Source: an uncultured delta proteobacterium (lineage in GTDB: Bacteria > Desulfobacterota > RBG-13-43-22). From it: a stretch of DNA of 64,000 nt. This document shows, one piece after another, positions 1-9,944 of this stretch. Every line of letters begins with the position of its first letter. Position 1 is the first letter of the stretch. A program made the translations under genes and the position numbers. The notes below the pieces were generated by a model that made no database searches, had not been told where the DNA came from, and saw nothing but the letters and a program-made list of their open reading frames with translations. Location: contig CAWBOS010000010.1 of NCBI GenBank assembly GCA_963790475.1, forward strand, positions 64,001 through 128,000, read 5' to 3'.

Positions 1-13
1 TCATTATACCTGG

Positions 14-1534
14 GTGGCCACCGGTTTTTTGATTACCTCCACCATCACCGTGCCGATTGTCGGCAAACTTTCCGATATGTACGGCCGCAAACGGTTTTAT
101 CTCATCGGCCAGGGGATTTTTATCATCGGATCCCTGCTTTCCGGTTTTAGTCAAACCATCACCCAACTCATTTTGTTTCGCGCTTTTCAGGGCATTGGGG
201 CCGGTATGATGATGGCCAATACCGTGGCCATTGTCGCCGATCTCTTCCCTCCTGCCGAGCGGGGGAAATATTCCGGAATGATGACCGGGATCATGGGGCT
301 ATCGTCTATAATCGGGCCTACTCTGGGAGGATTTATAACTGATGCCCTTTCCTGGCATTGGGTCTTCTGGGTGAACATCCCTATCGGGGTTTCGATCGTT
401 ATCCTTATTTTTTTCTTTTTTCCCGATATCAAACCGGAAAATCTTAAAGGACGTGTGGACTTTCCCGGCGTGGCGACCTTTATTTTGGCCCTGGTACCGG
501 CTATGCTGGCTTTGTCCTGGGGCGGGGTGGAACAGCCCTGGGGTTCCGCCCCCATCCTCGGACTATTGGCTTTCTCCCTGATAATGGGCATCCTTTTTCT
601 GATTATTGAAACCAGAACTGAGGAGCCCCTCATTCCATTATCGCTGTACAAAAACAAAATTTTCAAGATTTCTCAAATCATCATATTCCTGATGGGTATG
701 GGGATGTTCGGCAGTCTTATCTTCATCCCCCTTTTTTTCCAGGGCGTATTGGGGGCCTCAGCCACCATCAGTGGAAGCTTCATGACTCCCATGATGCTGG
801 GCCTGGTGGTGGGGAGTTTTACTTCCGGACAGTTCTTATCCCGGGCCGGGGGGCATTACCGCATTCAGGGCATGATCGGACTGGGGGCCATGGCTGTGGG
901 GATGGGCCTGATTTCCAGGATGACTACTCAGACCGGGTTTTCGATGGCCGTAACCAACATTATCTTCACCGGGGTGGGCATTGGGATCATCATGCCCTGT
1001 TATACGATCGCCGTGCAGAATTCGGTTCCCTATCATCTTCTGGGGATCGCCACTTCTTTAATGGTTTTTGCCCGATCGATCGGAGGGACCCTGGGACTGG
1101 CCTTTTTAGGGGCGGTGATGAACAACCGCTTTTCTCACTACTTTTCGTATCATCTTCCCCCGGCGATAAAGGACTTGGTCACAACGACACAGGTGACTGC
1201 TTTGGCGAAGAATCCGCAGGCCCTGGTCAGCCCCAAGGCCCAGATGAGATTGAAAGCCTTTTTCGCTGGCTTTGGAAACCAAGGGGCTGCCCTATCGGAC
1301 CAGTTTCTCCAGGCTATGCGACAGGCCCTGGCCTTTGCCATATCCCAGGTTTTCACCATCGCCCTTGGCCTGATCCTCATCGGATTCATCGCCAATTTCT
1401 TTATCAAGGAAATGCCCCTGCGCAAACATCATGATTTTGCCGGACATGACAATCAAAGGACCTTCGGCCTAATAGCCTTGTTAACTCTTATTTCAGGAAG
1501 AGAAAGGGTACAGTCTTTTTATGACCGCTTCTAA
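14..1534 (+). CDS. DHA2 (EmrB/QacA-type) MFS drug:H+ antiporter, 5'-truncated by the window edge
   Basis: Motif A GKLSDMYGRKR, GPTLGG and WHWVFWVNIPIG; about 13 hydrophobic segments. Confidence 0.9.
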   Translation: MATGFLITSTITVPIVGKLSDMYGRKRFYLIGQGIFIIGSLLSGFSQTITQLILFRAFQGIGAGMMMANTVAIVADLFPPAERGKYSGMMTGIMGLSSIIGPTLGGFITDALSWHWVFWVNIPIGVSIVILIFFFFPDIKPENLKGRVDFPGVATFILALVPAMLALSWGGVEQPWGSAPILGLLAFSLIMGILFLIIETRTEEPLIPLSLYKNKIFKISQIIIFLMGMGMFGSLIFIPLFFQGVLGASATISGSFMTPMMLGLVVGSFTSGQFLSRAGGHYRIQGMIGLGAMAVGMGLISRMTTQTGFSMAVTNIIFTGVGIGIIMPCYTIAVQNSVPYHLLGIATSLMVFARSIGGTLGLAFLGAVMNNRFSHYFSYHLPPAIKDLVTTTQVTALAKNPQALVSPKAQMRLKAFFAGFGNQGAALSDQFLQAMRQALAFAISQVFTIALGLILIGFIANFFIKEMPLRKHHDFAGHDNQRTFGLIALLTLISGRERVQSFYDRF

Positions 1535-2294
1535 ACAAAAGGATTTTTCCAAGTGGGTCTGGGGGAAACAAGCGGTTCTTGAACTCCTCAGGGTCCATCC
1601 CCAAAAAGTTCATCAAGTCCTGATGAGTCCTCCTGAACAGGATCAGGAAAGAAAAGAGATAATCGATTTGTGTTCCAAAGCCGGGATTCCCGTCTCTCTA
1701 AAAGATAGAAAAGAGATAACCCGGATCCTGCCGGTCCCCGCTCATCAAAGTGTGGCGGCCCGATTGAACATCGATAATCTTTTTGTAACCCTGGAATCTT
1801 TGATCTCCGGGATGACCGTTGACCAACCGACTCCGTCGCTATTGCTGGCTGTGGACCATATCCAGGATCCCCAGAATTTAGGGGCTATGATCCGGACCGC
1901 TCATTGCACCGGAGTTCAGGGGATTATCCTGCCTAAGGACCGGTCTTGCCCGGTGTCCGGAACCGTCCGCAAGACCGCGGCCGGGGCTCTCGAATATATG
2001 CCTCTGATCCAGGTCACCAACCTGGCCAGGACCTTGGAGTTGTTGAAAGAGAGAGGATTCTGGATCCTCAGTCTGGAAGCCGATTCTCCCGTCTCTTTAT
2101 ATAGTTTGGATCTGCGAGTGCCGCTGGTAGTGGTTGTTGGCGGGGAATCCGGAGGGATTAGCTCTTTGATCCGGAAACGGTCCGATTGGCTGGCCTCCAT
2201 TCCCATGAAGGGACAGGTTACCTCTCTCAATGCCTCGGCGGCCTGTGCTGTGGTCTTGTATGAGATTCTAAGGCAAAGGCTGACAAAGCCTTAG
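1521..2294 (+). CDS. rlmB: 23S rRNA (G2251-2'-O)-methyltransferase (TrmH/SpoU family)
   Basis: DHIQDPQNLGAMIRTA, VVGGESGG and IPMKGQVTSLNASAA SPOUT motifs; HQSVAA linker. Confidence 0.92.
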   Translation: MTASKQKDFSKWVWGKQAVLELLRVHPQKVHQVLMSPPEQDQERKEIIDLCSKAGIPVSLKDRKEITRILPVPAHQSVAARLNIDNLFVTLESLISGMTVDQPTPSLLLAVDHIQDPQNLGAMIRTAHCTGVQGIILPKDRSCPVSGTVRKTAAGALEYMPLIQVTNLARTLELLKERGFWILSLEADSPVSLYSLDLRVPLVVVVGGESGGISSLIRKRSDWLASIPMKGQVTSLNASAACAVVLYEILRQRLTKP

Positions 2295-2350
2295 ATTGCA
2301 TTTTTCGGATTGTTATTGACAACTAATTAAAATGGTTTAAAAATATTATA

Positions 2351-2782
2351 ATGCTAAACAGATTTTTAACAGCCCTGGAGGATATATCAAGATTTTATAG
2401 CCTGACGGCCATCTATGTTTTTGGCAGTCAGGCGGTCGAAGCCGTTTCTTTCCTGCAAGGGGATGCGGGCGCATCCCTGAATCCTGAAGCAGACTTAGAT
2501 ATTGGCATACAACCCTTGAAGGACGTGCGACTTACGGCTCAAGATCGAGTGGCTATTACTCAGGCTTTAGAGGAATTGTTTAAGGCCCGGAGAGTAGACC
2601 TGGTGGTTTTACCTGAAGCCACGCCTTTTTTAGCCCTGGATATCATCAAGGGGGAACTCATCTATTGTGATGATCCGGACCGACAGGCTGAGGATGAACT
2701 TTATGTGCTGAGAAGGGCAGGGGATCTGGCCTACTATGAAAAAAAACGAAGACAGCAGATCATAAACGGAGATACTCCATGA
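2351..2782 (+). CDS. MNT nucleotidyltransferase antitoxin (MntA-like)
   Basis: YVFGS...ADLDIG and RVDLV motifs; overlaps the downstream HEPN gene (ATGA). Confidence 0.85.
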   Translation: MLNRFLTALEDISRFYSLTAIYVFGSQAVEAVSFLQGDAGASLNPEADLDIGIQPLKDVRLTAQDRVAITQALEELFKARRVDLVVLPEATPFLALDIIKGELIYCDDPDRQAEDELYVLRRAGDLAYYEKKRRQQIINGDTP

Positions 2783-3237
2783 CTCCAAACAGGCTTCGTG
2801 TCAAGATCATTGCCGAACGCAGCGCCTGGATTTCCGAGATGATTGTGCGCCTTCGTTTATTACCACTCGAAACTCTGGAAAATTTTCAAAATGATCGGCG
2901 AAATCCGGCCGCAGCGGAATCCTATTTAAGAAGGGCACTGGAGGCCCTGTTTGATCTTGGTCGCCATATCCTGGCCAAAGGATTTGGTCAGGCAGTAAGT
3001 GAATACAAAGAGATCGCCTGTGTATTGGCCCAGCGAGGGGTATTATCAAAGGAAGATGGAAAGATTTTATTCAAAATAGCCGGGTATCGAAACCGGATGG
3101 TTCACTTTTACCAGGAAATTTCCATTCAGGAACTCTATGAAATCTGCACCAGAGACTTGAACGATGTCGAAACCCTCTTGTCGTCAATTCTGAAGTGGGT
3201 TAAAGATCATCCGGAATTGGTTGACCAAGGGCTATAA
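2779..3237 (+). CDS. HEPN/DUF86 RNase toxin (HepT-like)
   Basis: RX4HXY motif RNRMVHFY; paired with MNT. Confidence 0.87.
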   Translation: MTPNRLRVKIIAERSAWISEMIVRLRLLPLETLENFQNDRRNPAAAESYLRRALEALFDLGRHILAKGFGQAVSEYKEIACVLAQRGVLSKEDGKILFKIAGYRNRMVHFYQEISIQELYEICTRDLNDVETLLSSILKWVKDHPELVDQGL

Positions 3238-3248
3238 GCCAATTATTA

Positions 3249-3369
3249 GAGCCTCTTGCAAAAGTCCAGTGATGTCATTCCGGCGAAAGCCGGAATCCAG
3301 TCTTTTCAATGCATTCTGGACACCGGCTTTCGCCGGTGTGACGAAATTTGGGAGATTTGCAAGAACCTC
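3249..3369. mobile_element. 121-bp MITE with IS-type terminal inverted repeats and an internal REP-like palindrome
   Basis: Left end GAGCCTCTTGCAAAAGTC is identical to the left end of the IS at 58448; right end TTTGCAAGAACCTC; flanked by ATTA (3245-3248 and 3370-3373); internal hairpin 3274-3342. Confidence 0.8.
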
Positions 3370-3499
3370 ATTAGAATCAAAATAAAAAAAGGTTAAGCCG
3401 CACATTTACAGTTGAGACGAACGAAACGATTTTTGGGGTAGACGAATTCGCTTAGAATGAGGGCGACCAGCTCAATCCCCTTTGGCCAGTTTTGCGTAT

Positions 3500-4048
3500 T
3501 CATACTTCTTCCTTTCTCCGGCGGGCCTCTTTCAGAATGTCCAGCATCTCCTCATCACTGACTTGTCCGAAGTCGCGGTAAAACTGGCCTACCCCTCTGA
3601 AATCAGGCGGCAAACGAAGGCAGACGGTTTCATCCGCCTCCTCGGCCAGTTGTCTGACCGCATCTTCGGGACCTACCGGGAGGGCAAGAATCAACCTGGA
3701 CGGATCTTCAAAACGGGCTGCCCGAATTGCGGTCAAAGTTGTGGCCCCGGTCGCCACCCCATCATCGGTAATGATAACCGGACGGCCTTTAACAGGCACC
3801 TTGGGCAAAATTCGGCGTATTTTCTCCGCCCGACGATTCAATTCGGATAACTGATAAGCCTTCTCCTCCTCAATCAGGTTAACGCTGATGCCCAGCAGGC
3901 GAACGATCTCGGGATCAACAAAGGTGATGCCCAACACGACTACCTTCTGTCCCTGCAGGAAATCGAGTTCCTGCGCCAGCAGAAGGCCGGCCTCCACCCG
4001 GTTTAAAAAAGATTCGCCGCTGCGAGAGACAATATGCAGTTTCCCCAT
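3500..4048 (-). pseudogene. Phosphoribosyltransferase-family protein with an apparent internal in-frame deletion
   Basis: FxNRxEAG N-terminus and PRPP loop ITDDGVATGAT; VLGI joins directly to TFVD, lacking the usual PRGG...RKL...PE.A.GA block. Confidence 0.65.
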
Positions 4049-4057
4049 GGTGGTCGG

Positions 4058-4507
4058 TTACCCCTCAATTTTTATCTGCTTGGTTTCGGTCGCCTTTTTC
4101 TGGGGCATGGTCAGTTTCAGTACCCCATTTTGGAAAATGGCCTGCACCTTCCCCTCATCGACTTCTCCGGGCAGCCTAAGGCTCCTGGAAAAAGAACCGT
4201 ACGACGATTCCAATAGAAAGTAATTCGCCTTCTTTTCCTCAACCTTGGATTCCTTTTTCCCGCTGACGGTCAGTACATTTTTGTCAATCGTCACGGAGAT
4301 GTCCTCCTTATCGACCCCCGGGATTTCGGCCTCTAACTTGTAATTCCCCTCTTCCTCATAAAAGTTAAAGGTTGGGACCCGCTCTTCTCCCTTCATTCTC
4401 TGCCATACCGGGAAGAGGCGGTCCGACCAGACATCCCCCATGGCTTCATCCCCCCAGGGTGACATCCACCACGGCCTTCTCTCTTTCTCGATCAAGGGCA
4501 TGTTCAT
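4058..4507 (-). CDS. Hsp20/alpha-crystallin small heat-shock protein
   Basis: AEIPGVDKEDI, YGSFSRSLRLP and AIFQNGVLKLTMP. Confidence 0.92.
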   Translation of the reverse strand: MNMPLIEKERRPWWMSPWGDEAMGDVWSDRLFPVWQRMKGEERVPTFNFYEEEGNYKLEAEIPGVDKEDISVTIDKNVLTVSGKKESKVEEKKANYFLLESSYGSFSRSLRLPGEVDEGKVQAIFQNGVLKLTMPQKKATETKQIKIEG

Positions 4508-4934
4508 AATTATTACCTCCTTTATTTCTTAATAAAGAGTTTAACAACTAACTTTAGAAAGTAAATTACGGCAACCCGTAATTCTTTTATAAAAAAAACA
4601 GTATATTTAAGGTTGGTCATTTAAGGTCGGGCGAAACGATGAAAGGAAAAAGTATATGGAGGGTTTCAAGAGAGTCCCTTTTTGGAAAAGGAGGAGTTAG
4701 AAGGATTTAAATCTATATTCAAATTATATTTCCAGAAGTTCTCACTTTATGGAGGACGGGGGGTCTATACTGTTGCACATTTATTCCCAGAAAGTCCGCC
4801 ATCAGCCGAAGATAACAATGGGAGGAAAATTACACAAAAGAATTGCTTAACATTGAACATAGATTTATATTACTGGTATTATCCTTGAAGTCCGAGGCGG
4901 GGTTTATTAAGGCCACCAATGAGGTATTTCTAAA

Positions 4935-5636
4935 TTGAGGGATACTAATAAAACCAAGATAAAGCGGGTTCCCCATAATTTGACCCAAGACAAAAAAAGC
5001 CATTCTGGAACCAAAGCTTTGAGAAAAAATAACAAATCCGCCGCCCCTTCTCCGCTCCCCAAACCGCCTTTTGAAATCGTGGCCTTGGCCGCCTCGGCCG
5101 GCGGACTGGCGGCCATAAGTGAAGTCCTGGGGGCATTGCCGGCCGATTTCCCGGCGATCATAGTCGTGGTCCAGCACCTGGACCCCAGGCACCGCAGCCT
5201 GTTGGCCGAGATCATCAGCCGGCGAACTCCTCTGAAGGTCCAACAGGCCCAAGAGGGGGATATCTTGACGCCGTCTACCGTGTACATAGCCCCGCCCAAC
5301 AACCACCTGTTGATCAATCCCAATGGCTCCATATCCCTTTCCCAGTCGGAACTGGTCCATTTTGTTCGACCCTCGGCGGACCTGTTGTTTGAGTCCGTTG
5401 CTGCCAGTTTTCGGGAAAGGGCCATCGCCGTCATCTTAACCGGTACCGGTCATGACGGCAATATGGGGGTTAAGGCTATCAAACAGATGGGCGGTACGGT
5501 CATTGCCCAGGACGAGAAAACTTCGGATTTTTTTGGGATGCCGGAGGCCGCGATTGCCACCGGGGGTGTGGATTTTATTTTACCCTTGAAGGACATCGCC
5601 ACAGCCCTGATAACCTTAGTCATGAAAGGCTTTTAA
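4935..5636 (+). CDS. cheB: Stand-alone CheB-type methylesterase (no REC domain)
   Basis: ASAGG, VQH, RPSADLLFES, ILTGTGHDG and FFGMP motifs. Confidence 0.88.
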   Translation: MRDTNKTKIKRVPHNLTQDKKSHSGTKALRKNNKSAAPSPLPKPPFEIVALAASAGGLAAISEVLGALPADFPAIIVVVQHLDPRHRSLLAEIISRRTPLKVQQAQEGDILTPSTVYIAPPNNHLLINPNGSISLSQSELVHFVRPSADLLFESVAASFRERAIAVILTGTGHDGNMGVKAIKQMGGTVIAQDEKTSDFFGMPEAAIATGGVDFILPLKDIATALITLVMKGF

Positions 5637-6493
5637 TGGAGAACCCTGACCCCAGTCCAAATTTGAATCCCTTTTGGATTATCTAAAGAACACCCGCAGC
5701 TTTGATTTTTCCGGTTATAAACGCAACACCCTGATCCGCCGGGTACTGAAGCGCATGCAGATGGTCGGCATTAAAGAGTTCGGCGATTATATTGATTTTC
5801 TGGAAGTCCATCCGGAGGAATTCAGCCAGCTTTTCAATACGGTCCTGATCAATGTCACCTCATTTTTTCGGGATCAGCCGGCCTGGGATGCCCTGGCCAG
5901 GGAAGTCATTCCCCGCCTGCGGGCCGGAAAATCAAAGGGCGCCGGGGACAGGGTCTGGAGTGCTGGCTGTGCCTCCGGGGAAGAGGCCTATTCCCTGGCC
6001 ATCATCCTGGCTGAGGCTTTGGGGGAAAAGGCCTTCCGTCAACGGGTCAAGATTTATGCCACCGATGTGGATGAGGAGGCCCTGGCCTAGGCCCGTCAGG
6101 CCAGTTATTCCGAAAAAGACCTGAAGCTTGTCCCGGCGGCTTTAAGGGAGAAATATTTTGAACAAGCCCAGGGCCGCTTTCTTTTCAGGATGTTACGGAA
6201 CATAGAAAAATCATAGAGGGGTACCATCGCTCCAGACAAGAACTGGACTGGGTCTTCTGCCCGATGAGGTGGCAGGTCGGCCTTTCCTGAAATTAGACAT
6301 CGGCCTGCCGGTTAAGAAACTCAAAGAACCTCTTCAGACCTTTTTACAGGGTCCCAAGAACAACCTGAAAATCCTGCTTAAGGCTGTCAATCGTAAGGGG
6401 CAGGCCATCGAATGTATGATCAGGATTGCCCCGATCATCGGCCCAAAAAAGGAACGGCAGGGATTGGTTTTGCTTATGGAGGAGGAAAAATAG
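5636..6493 (+). pseudogene. cheR: CheR methyltransferase-PAS fusion, disrupted
   Basis: FDFSGYK, INVTSFFRD, VWSAGCASGEEAYS and ATDVD; frameshift after ATG 5636; in-frame TAG at 6088-6090 followed by continued CheR sequence; then a deletion and a C-terminal PAS remnant (6269-6493). Confidence 0.8.
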
Positions 6494-6502
6494 GATCAAA
6501 AG

Positions 6503-7881
6503 ATGGGAGACAAAAAAAAGATTAAGACGCAGTCGGTCCGGGAGCTGCCTGGCCTTCGCCGAAAGGTAAGGACGGCCCCTAAAAGGGCGTCAAAAAAGGG
6601 CCACCGCGTAGGGTCAGGAAAAGAGAAAAGATCAGCGCCACAGATTGAAATCTCAAAGGAACGACTGAAAGCGCTTCAAGAGCGGGCGGCATTATCAAAG
6701 GACCCTTTATTGACCGAAGCCATTGAAGAGCTTTCCACCAGTCTTGAAGAGCTGAGTGTATCCGGAGAGGAATTGCATCAGCAATTTGAGGAGCTGGTTG
6801 CCGCTCAGCAGGAAATAGAAGTTCAACGCCAACGCTACCAGGACTTGTTTAATTTTTCCCCGGACGGTTACCTGGTGACTTCCCCGGAAGGGATTATAAC
6901 CGAAGCCAACCGGGCGGCGGCCCTCCTTTTAGGAGTGGGACAGGAATTCTTGCCAGGGAAACCTTTTCGAGTTTTTGTTAAAGATCGAAGGGCTTTTGGA
7001 CACTTACTAAACCGGTTACAGAAAATAGAAAGGGGGAGCACCGGAGAGTGGGAAGGTCTTTTGAACGCCCGTAAGAAACCGGCCTTTTATGCCTGGATCC
7101 TCATGCCCCCGTCCATAATAATCGAGGTGAACTTATCAGCTTAAGTTGGCTGTTCCGTGATATTACCGAACGCAGGAATATGGAGGAGGCAACCCGGGAA
7201 TCAAGAAAGCAACTGCGCCTGCTCGCCTCCAAGCTCATTACCACCCAGGAAAATGAAAGGAAACGGATCGCCCTTGACGTTCATGACAGCCTGGGATCGT
7301 CCCTGGCGGCCATCAAGTACAAGGCGGAAGATGCTCTATACAATATTTCCAAGGGAAAGGCCATGAATGAATACAAACCCCTGGAGTCCATCATTGCCAT
7401 GGTCCTGGAAGTTATCAAAGACACCCGGAGAATTCAGACCAATCTGCGGCCTCCTCATTTGGACGATCTGGGTATTATAGGCACTATCTCCTGGTTCTGT
7501 CGGGAATTTCAAGCGCTTTATTCGGATATCAGGGTTGAACAAACAATTACCGTTCAGGAAAATGAAATACCCTCTCCTCTAAAAGGTGTTATTTTCAGAA
7601 TCACCCAAGAGGCGATGAATAATATCGCCAAACACGCCAGGGCGGATAATGTTCATCTCAGTTTACAAAAAGTTGATAACACCTTAGAACTGGTTATCAA
7701 GGACAATGGAGAGGGGTTTGATTTGAAAGGTCTAAACCGCAGAAAGACCCTTGGAAAAGGCCTGGGCCTTTCCAGTATGAAAGAGCGTACCGAGATATCG
7801 GGTGGCTCTCTCGGCTTGGAGTCCGCCGTAGGAAAGGGGACGGTTATCAAGGCCGGTTGGTGTCTACCTGACTTTGAATGA
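6503..7881 (+). pseudogene. PAS-domain HisKA_3 (NarX/UhpB-type) sensor kinase split by a frameshift near 7100
   Basis: PAS (PDGYLVT...EAN); the alternative frame reads ...WLFRDITERR into ORF 7180; ERKRIALDVHD, QEAMNNIAKHA, DNGEGF and GLGL motifs. Confidence 0.8.
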
Positions 7882-7898
7882 GGATTGAGGCTTGAATC

Positions 7899-8564
7899 GT
7901 GATGTCCGGGCAATCTCGTAGAAAATTTATAACAAAGATTCTTTTAGGTTTTGGGGGAGTAGCCCTTTTGGGGGAGCCTTTGATTTCCTTTTGGGCCAGG
8001 GCCTGGGGGAAGGCTGCAAAAAAGGTTTTGCCCAAAGGAACGGATCGTAACAGTTTGATTAATGAACGTCCTCAAGATTTGGATGCCGGCAACCTTGAGG
8101 TTACCCCCACCAAAGAGTTCGGAATCATGGGATTGTCGGATCATAAAGTGGATTTAGATCAGTGGACCCTCAAAGTGAAAGGGTGGGTTAAGAACCCTTT
8201 GATCATTTCCCATAGTCAGATCAGAGCCCTCCCTTTTATCGAGAGAAAAGTTCTATTGATTTGCCCCGGATTCTTTGCCAACCAGGGCTTGTGGAAAGGG
8301 ATTTCCCTCCGGACCTTGTTGGATATGTCGGGGGCCAAGCCTGGTGTAAAATATATAACCATCAGAGGTCCGGAAGGAGATTATTCCAAGCCGGAACGTT
8401 TTCCCTTGGATGAGATCCGTTCGGATCAACTCTTTCTGGCCTATCAGGTCAACGGAGAGGACTTACCTCAAAAAAACGGATTTCCTTTGCGCCTGGTGGC
8501 TGAAAATTACTATGGCAATACCTGGGTAAAATATGTGGATACCGTCGAGGTGGATAGAATATAA
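7899..8564 (+). CDS. Molybdopterin-dependent oxidoreductase catalytic subunit (sulfite oxidase/MsrP family), probably Tat-exported
   Basis: SRRKFI twin-arginine motif; LICPG Mo-ligand Cys; NGEDLPQKNGFPLRLV...YGNTWVKYV. Confidence 0.82.
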   Translation: MMSGQSRRKFITKILLGFGGVALLGEPLISFWARAWGKAAKKVLPKGTDRNSLINERPQDLDAGNLEVTPTKEFGIMGLSDHKVDLDQWTLKVKGWVKNPLIISHSQIRALPFIERKVLLICPGFFANQGLWKGISLRTLLDMSGAKPGVKYITIRGPEGDYSKPERFPLDEIRSDQLFLAYQVNGEDLPQKNGFPLRLVAENYYGNTWVKYVDTVEVDRI

Positions 8565-8724
8565 GCTCTGAGTTAATCCAAAGAGAGGAGCTGACTATGA
8601 GCAAGAAAAAAGGACATCTGGATAACGTCTATCAACGATTCTAAACGTCTTATCAATATCTTCCTCTGCGGTACCCTTGAGGACCCCCTCGCTTATTGAT
8701 CAAGTGTACGACCCGTGACTCACT

Positions 8725-9135
8725 CTATTTCCGCTCAGTCGGATAATTCGCTCCATCCCATTCACGCCAGCCCCCTTTGAGGGCGTAGACCTTTTTGAAT
8801 CCCAGACCGATAAGTTTCTGTGCCACACTGGCACTAGTCGCCTCATCTTGTCAGGCGCAATAAAGAACGATAGTTTTTTCCTTAGAATATTTCTTCGCCC
8901 AGGATTTCACCTTGGATGGGTCCGGATCTTCCCGAACCGACCCTTTGATTTGCTTCACGCTCATTTTCCGGTCAAAGAAGGTCCGGACATCAATAACCAC
9001 CACCTCCGGATTCCCAAGCATTGATTTGAGTTTTTCCTTGCTGATGCGGGGAACATCCAGGGCGAAAGCCGTTACCACCCAGATCCCCAAAGCCATAAAG
9101 GCCATCACCATGCATACCATCGCCTTCCTTACCAT
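8725..9135 (-). CDS. Exported rhodanese-like selenoprotein (CAU motif), 136 aa with TGA 8851-8853 read as Sec
   Basis: Signal peptide and IDVR; LYCA-TGA-QDEATSASVAQKLIGLGFKKVYALKGGWREWDGANYPTERK completes the rhodanese fold; SECIS-like hairpin at 8820-8834. Confidence 0.85.
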
Positions 9136-9344
9136 CCCTTTGCCTGCCTTTCTTGATCGCCTGGAGGGCAACCTAAAATATGAGAAATAAGAGCATGGGT
9201 GCTTTTTAATGGAACACCCTTTTTTCTCCCAATGCATTTACTTTAATCACGATTTTTTTAAAAACAAGTTGTTAAAATATCCGGAATATGATTTCCTGAT
9301 ATTTTTAATGAAAGCTCACCTCTTTTTACTATTATCCTCTTAAC

Positions 9345-9866
9345 TTAAGAGGTTACCTTTGTTGGCTTGGCCCTTTTCTTTCGTTTGAGGGGGAGGCTTA
9401 CTTCATGAGATAAAATAAGGTGGGGGAGAGTACCCTCGGCACCCAGAATGGAAACCAACCTTTTCAGCCCTTTACTAACCTCCTTCAGTTCCCTTAGCGG
9501 TGTTTTTTCCAACCCCATCACCAATAAGCCCTGAGCCACTTCCGGGGCAGAGGCCACCAGTTTTTTCCCCTTTGGGGTCAATTCCACCCAGACAATCCGA
9601 CGGTCTTCCTCTGACCTGGTTTTTTTTATCAGGCCATGAGCTTCGAGGCGGTTGAGTATTCCGACCACGGTTGCCGGGTGAAGATACATCCGGCGGGCTA
9701 ATTCTGAAACCATCATAGGAGCGGTTTCTGCCAGGATCTTAATGGCCCAAAGCTGGGAGCTGGTAAGCCCGGTATTATGCTCGACCCGCTTGGAATATTC
9801 CTGGATCACCTGAAAGACCCTTCTTAAATCATCAATGGTATCGGCTATCAATTCCGACTGGGTCAT
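9345..9866 (-). CDS. MarR-family transcriptional regulator (copy 1)
   Basis: GLTxxQ, SELARRMYLHPATV and DRR...LT.KG winged-helix motifs. Confidence 0.92.
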   Translation of the reverse strand: MTQSELIADTIDDLRRVFQVIQEYSKRVEHNTGLTSSQLWAIKILAETAPMMVSELARRMYLHPATVVGILNRLEAHGLIKKTRSEEDRRIVWVELTPKGKKLVASAPEVAQGLLVMGLEKTPLRELKEVSKGLKRLVSILGAEGTLPHLILSHEVSLPLKRKKRAKPTKVTS

Positions 9867-9915
9867 TTTTTCATCCTTATGAGAAAATCCTTGACATCAC
9901 TTTTGGGATATATTA

Positions 9916-9944
9916 ATTGGTATACCAATCATTTTTATAGAAAT
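9916..9944. promoter_or_regulatory. Tandem palindromic operator, likely MarR site
   Basis: ATTGGTATACCAAT (perfect palindrome) plus ATTTTTATAGAAAT; equivalent pair at 24202-24230; TTGACA at 9891. Confidence 0.55.

Noticed and set aside
1450-1534. MFS C-terminal tail as a remnant of a Mini-III gene before rlmB
   Set aside because: The resemblance is only vague; stop-codon loss with read-through into intergenic DNA explains it equally well.
4510-4640. CIRCE or ROSE element upstream of hsp20
   Set aside because: No TTAGCACTC-N9-GAGTGCTAA is present; there is only a small AATTACGG/CCGTAATT palindrome of unknown meaning.
6088-6090. In-frame TAG in cheR as pyrrolysine read-through
   Set aside because: The gene also has a frameshift and a large deletion. 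The site is not catalytic and is most simply a CAG-to-TAG nonsense change.
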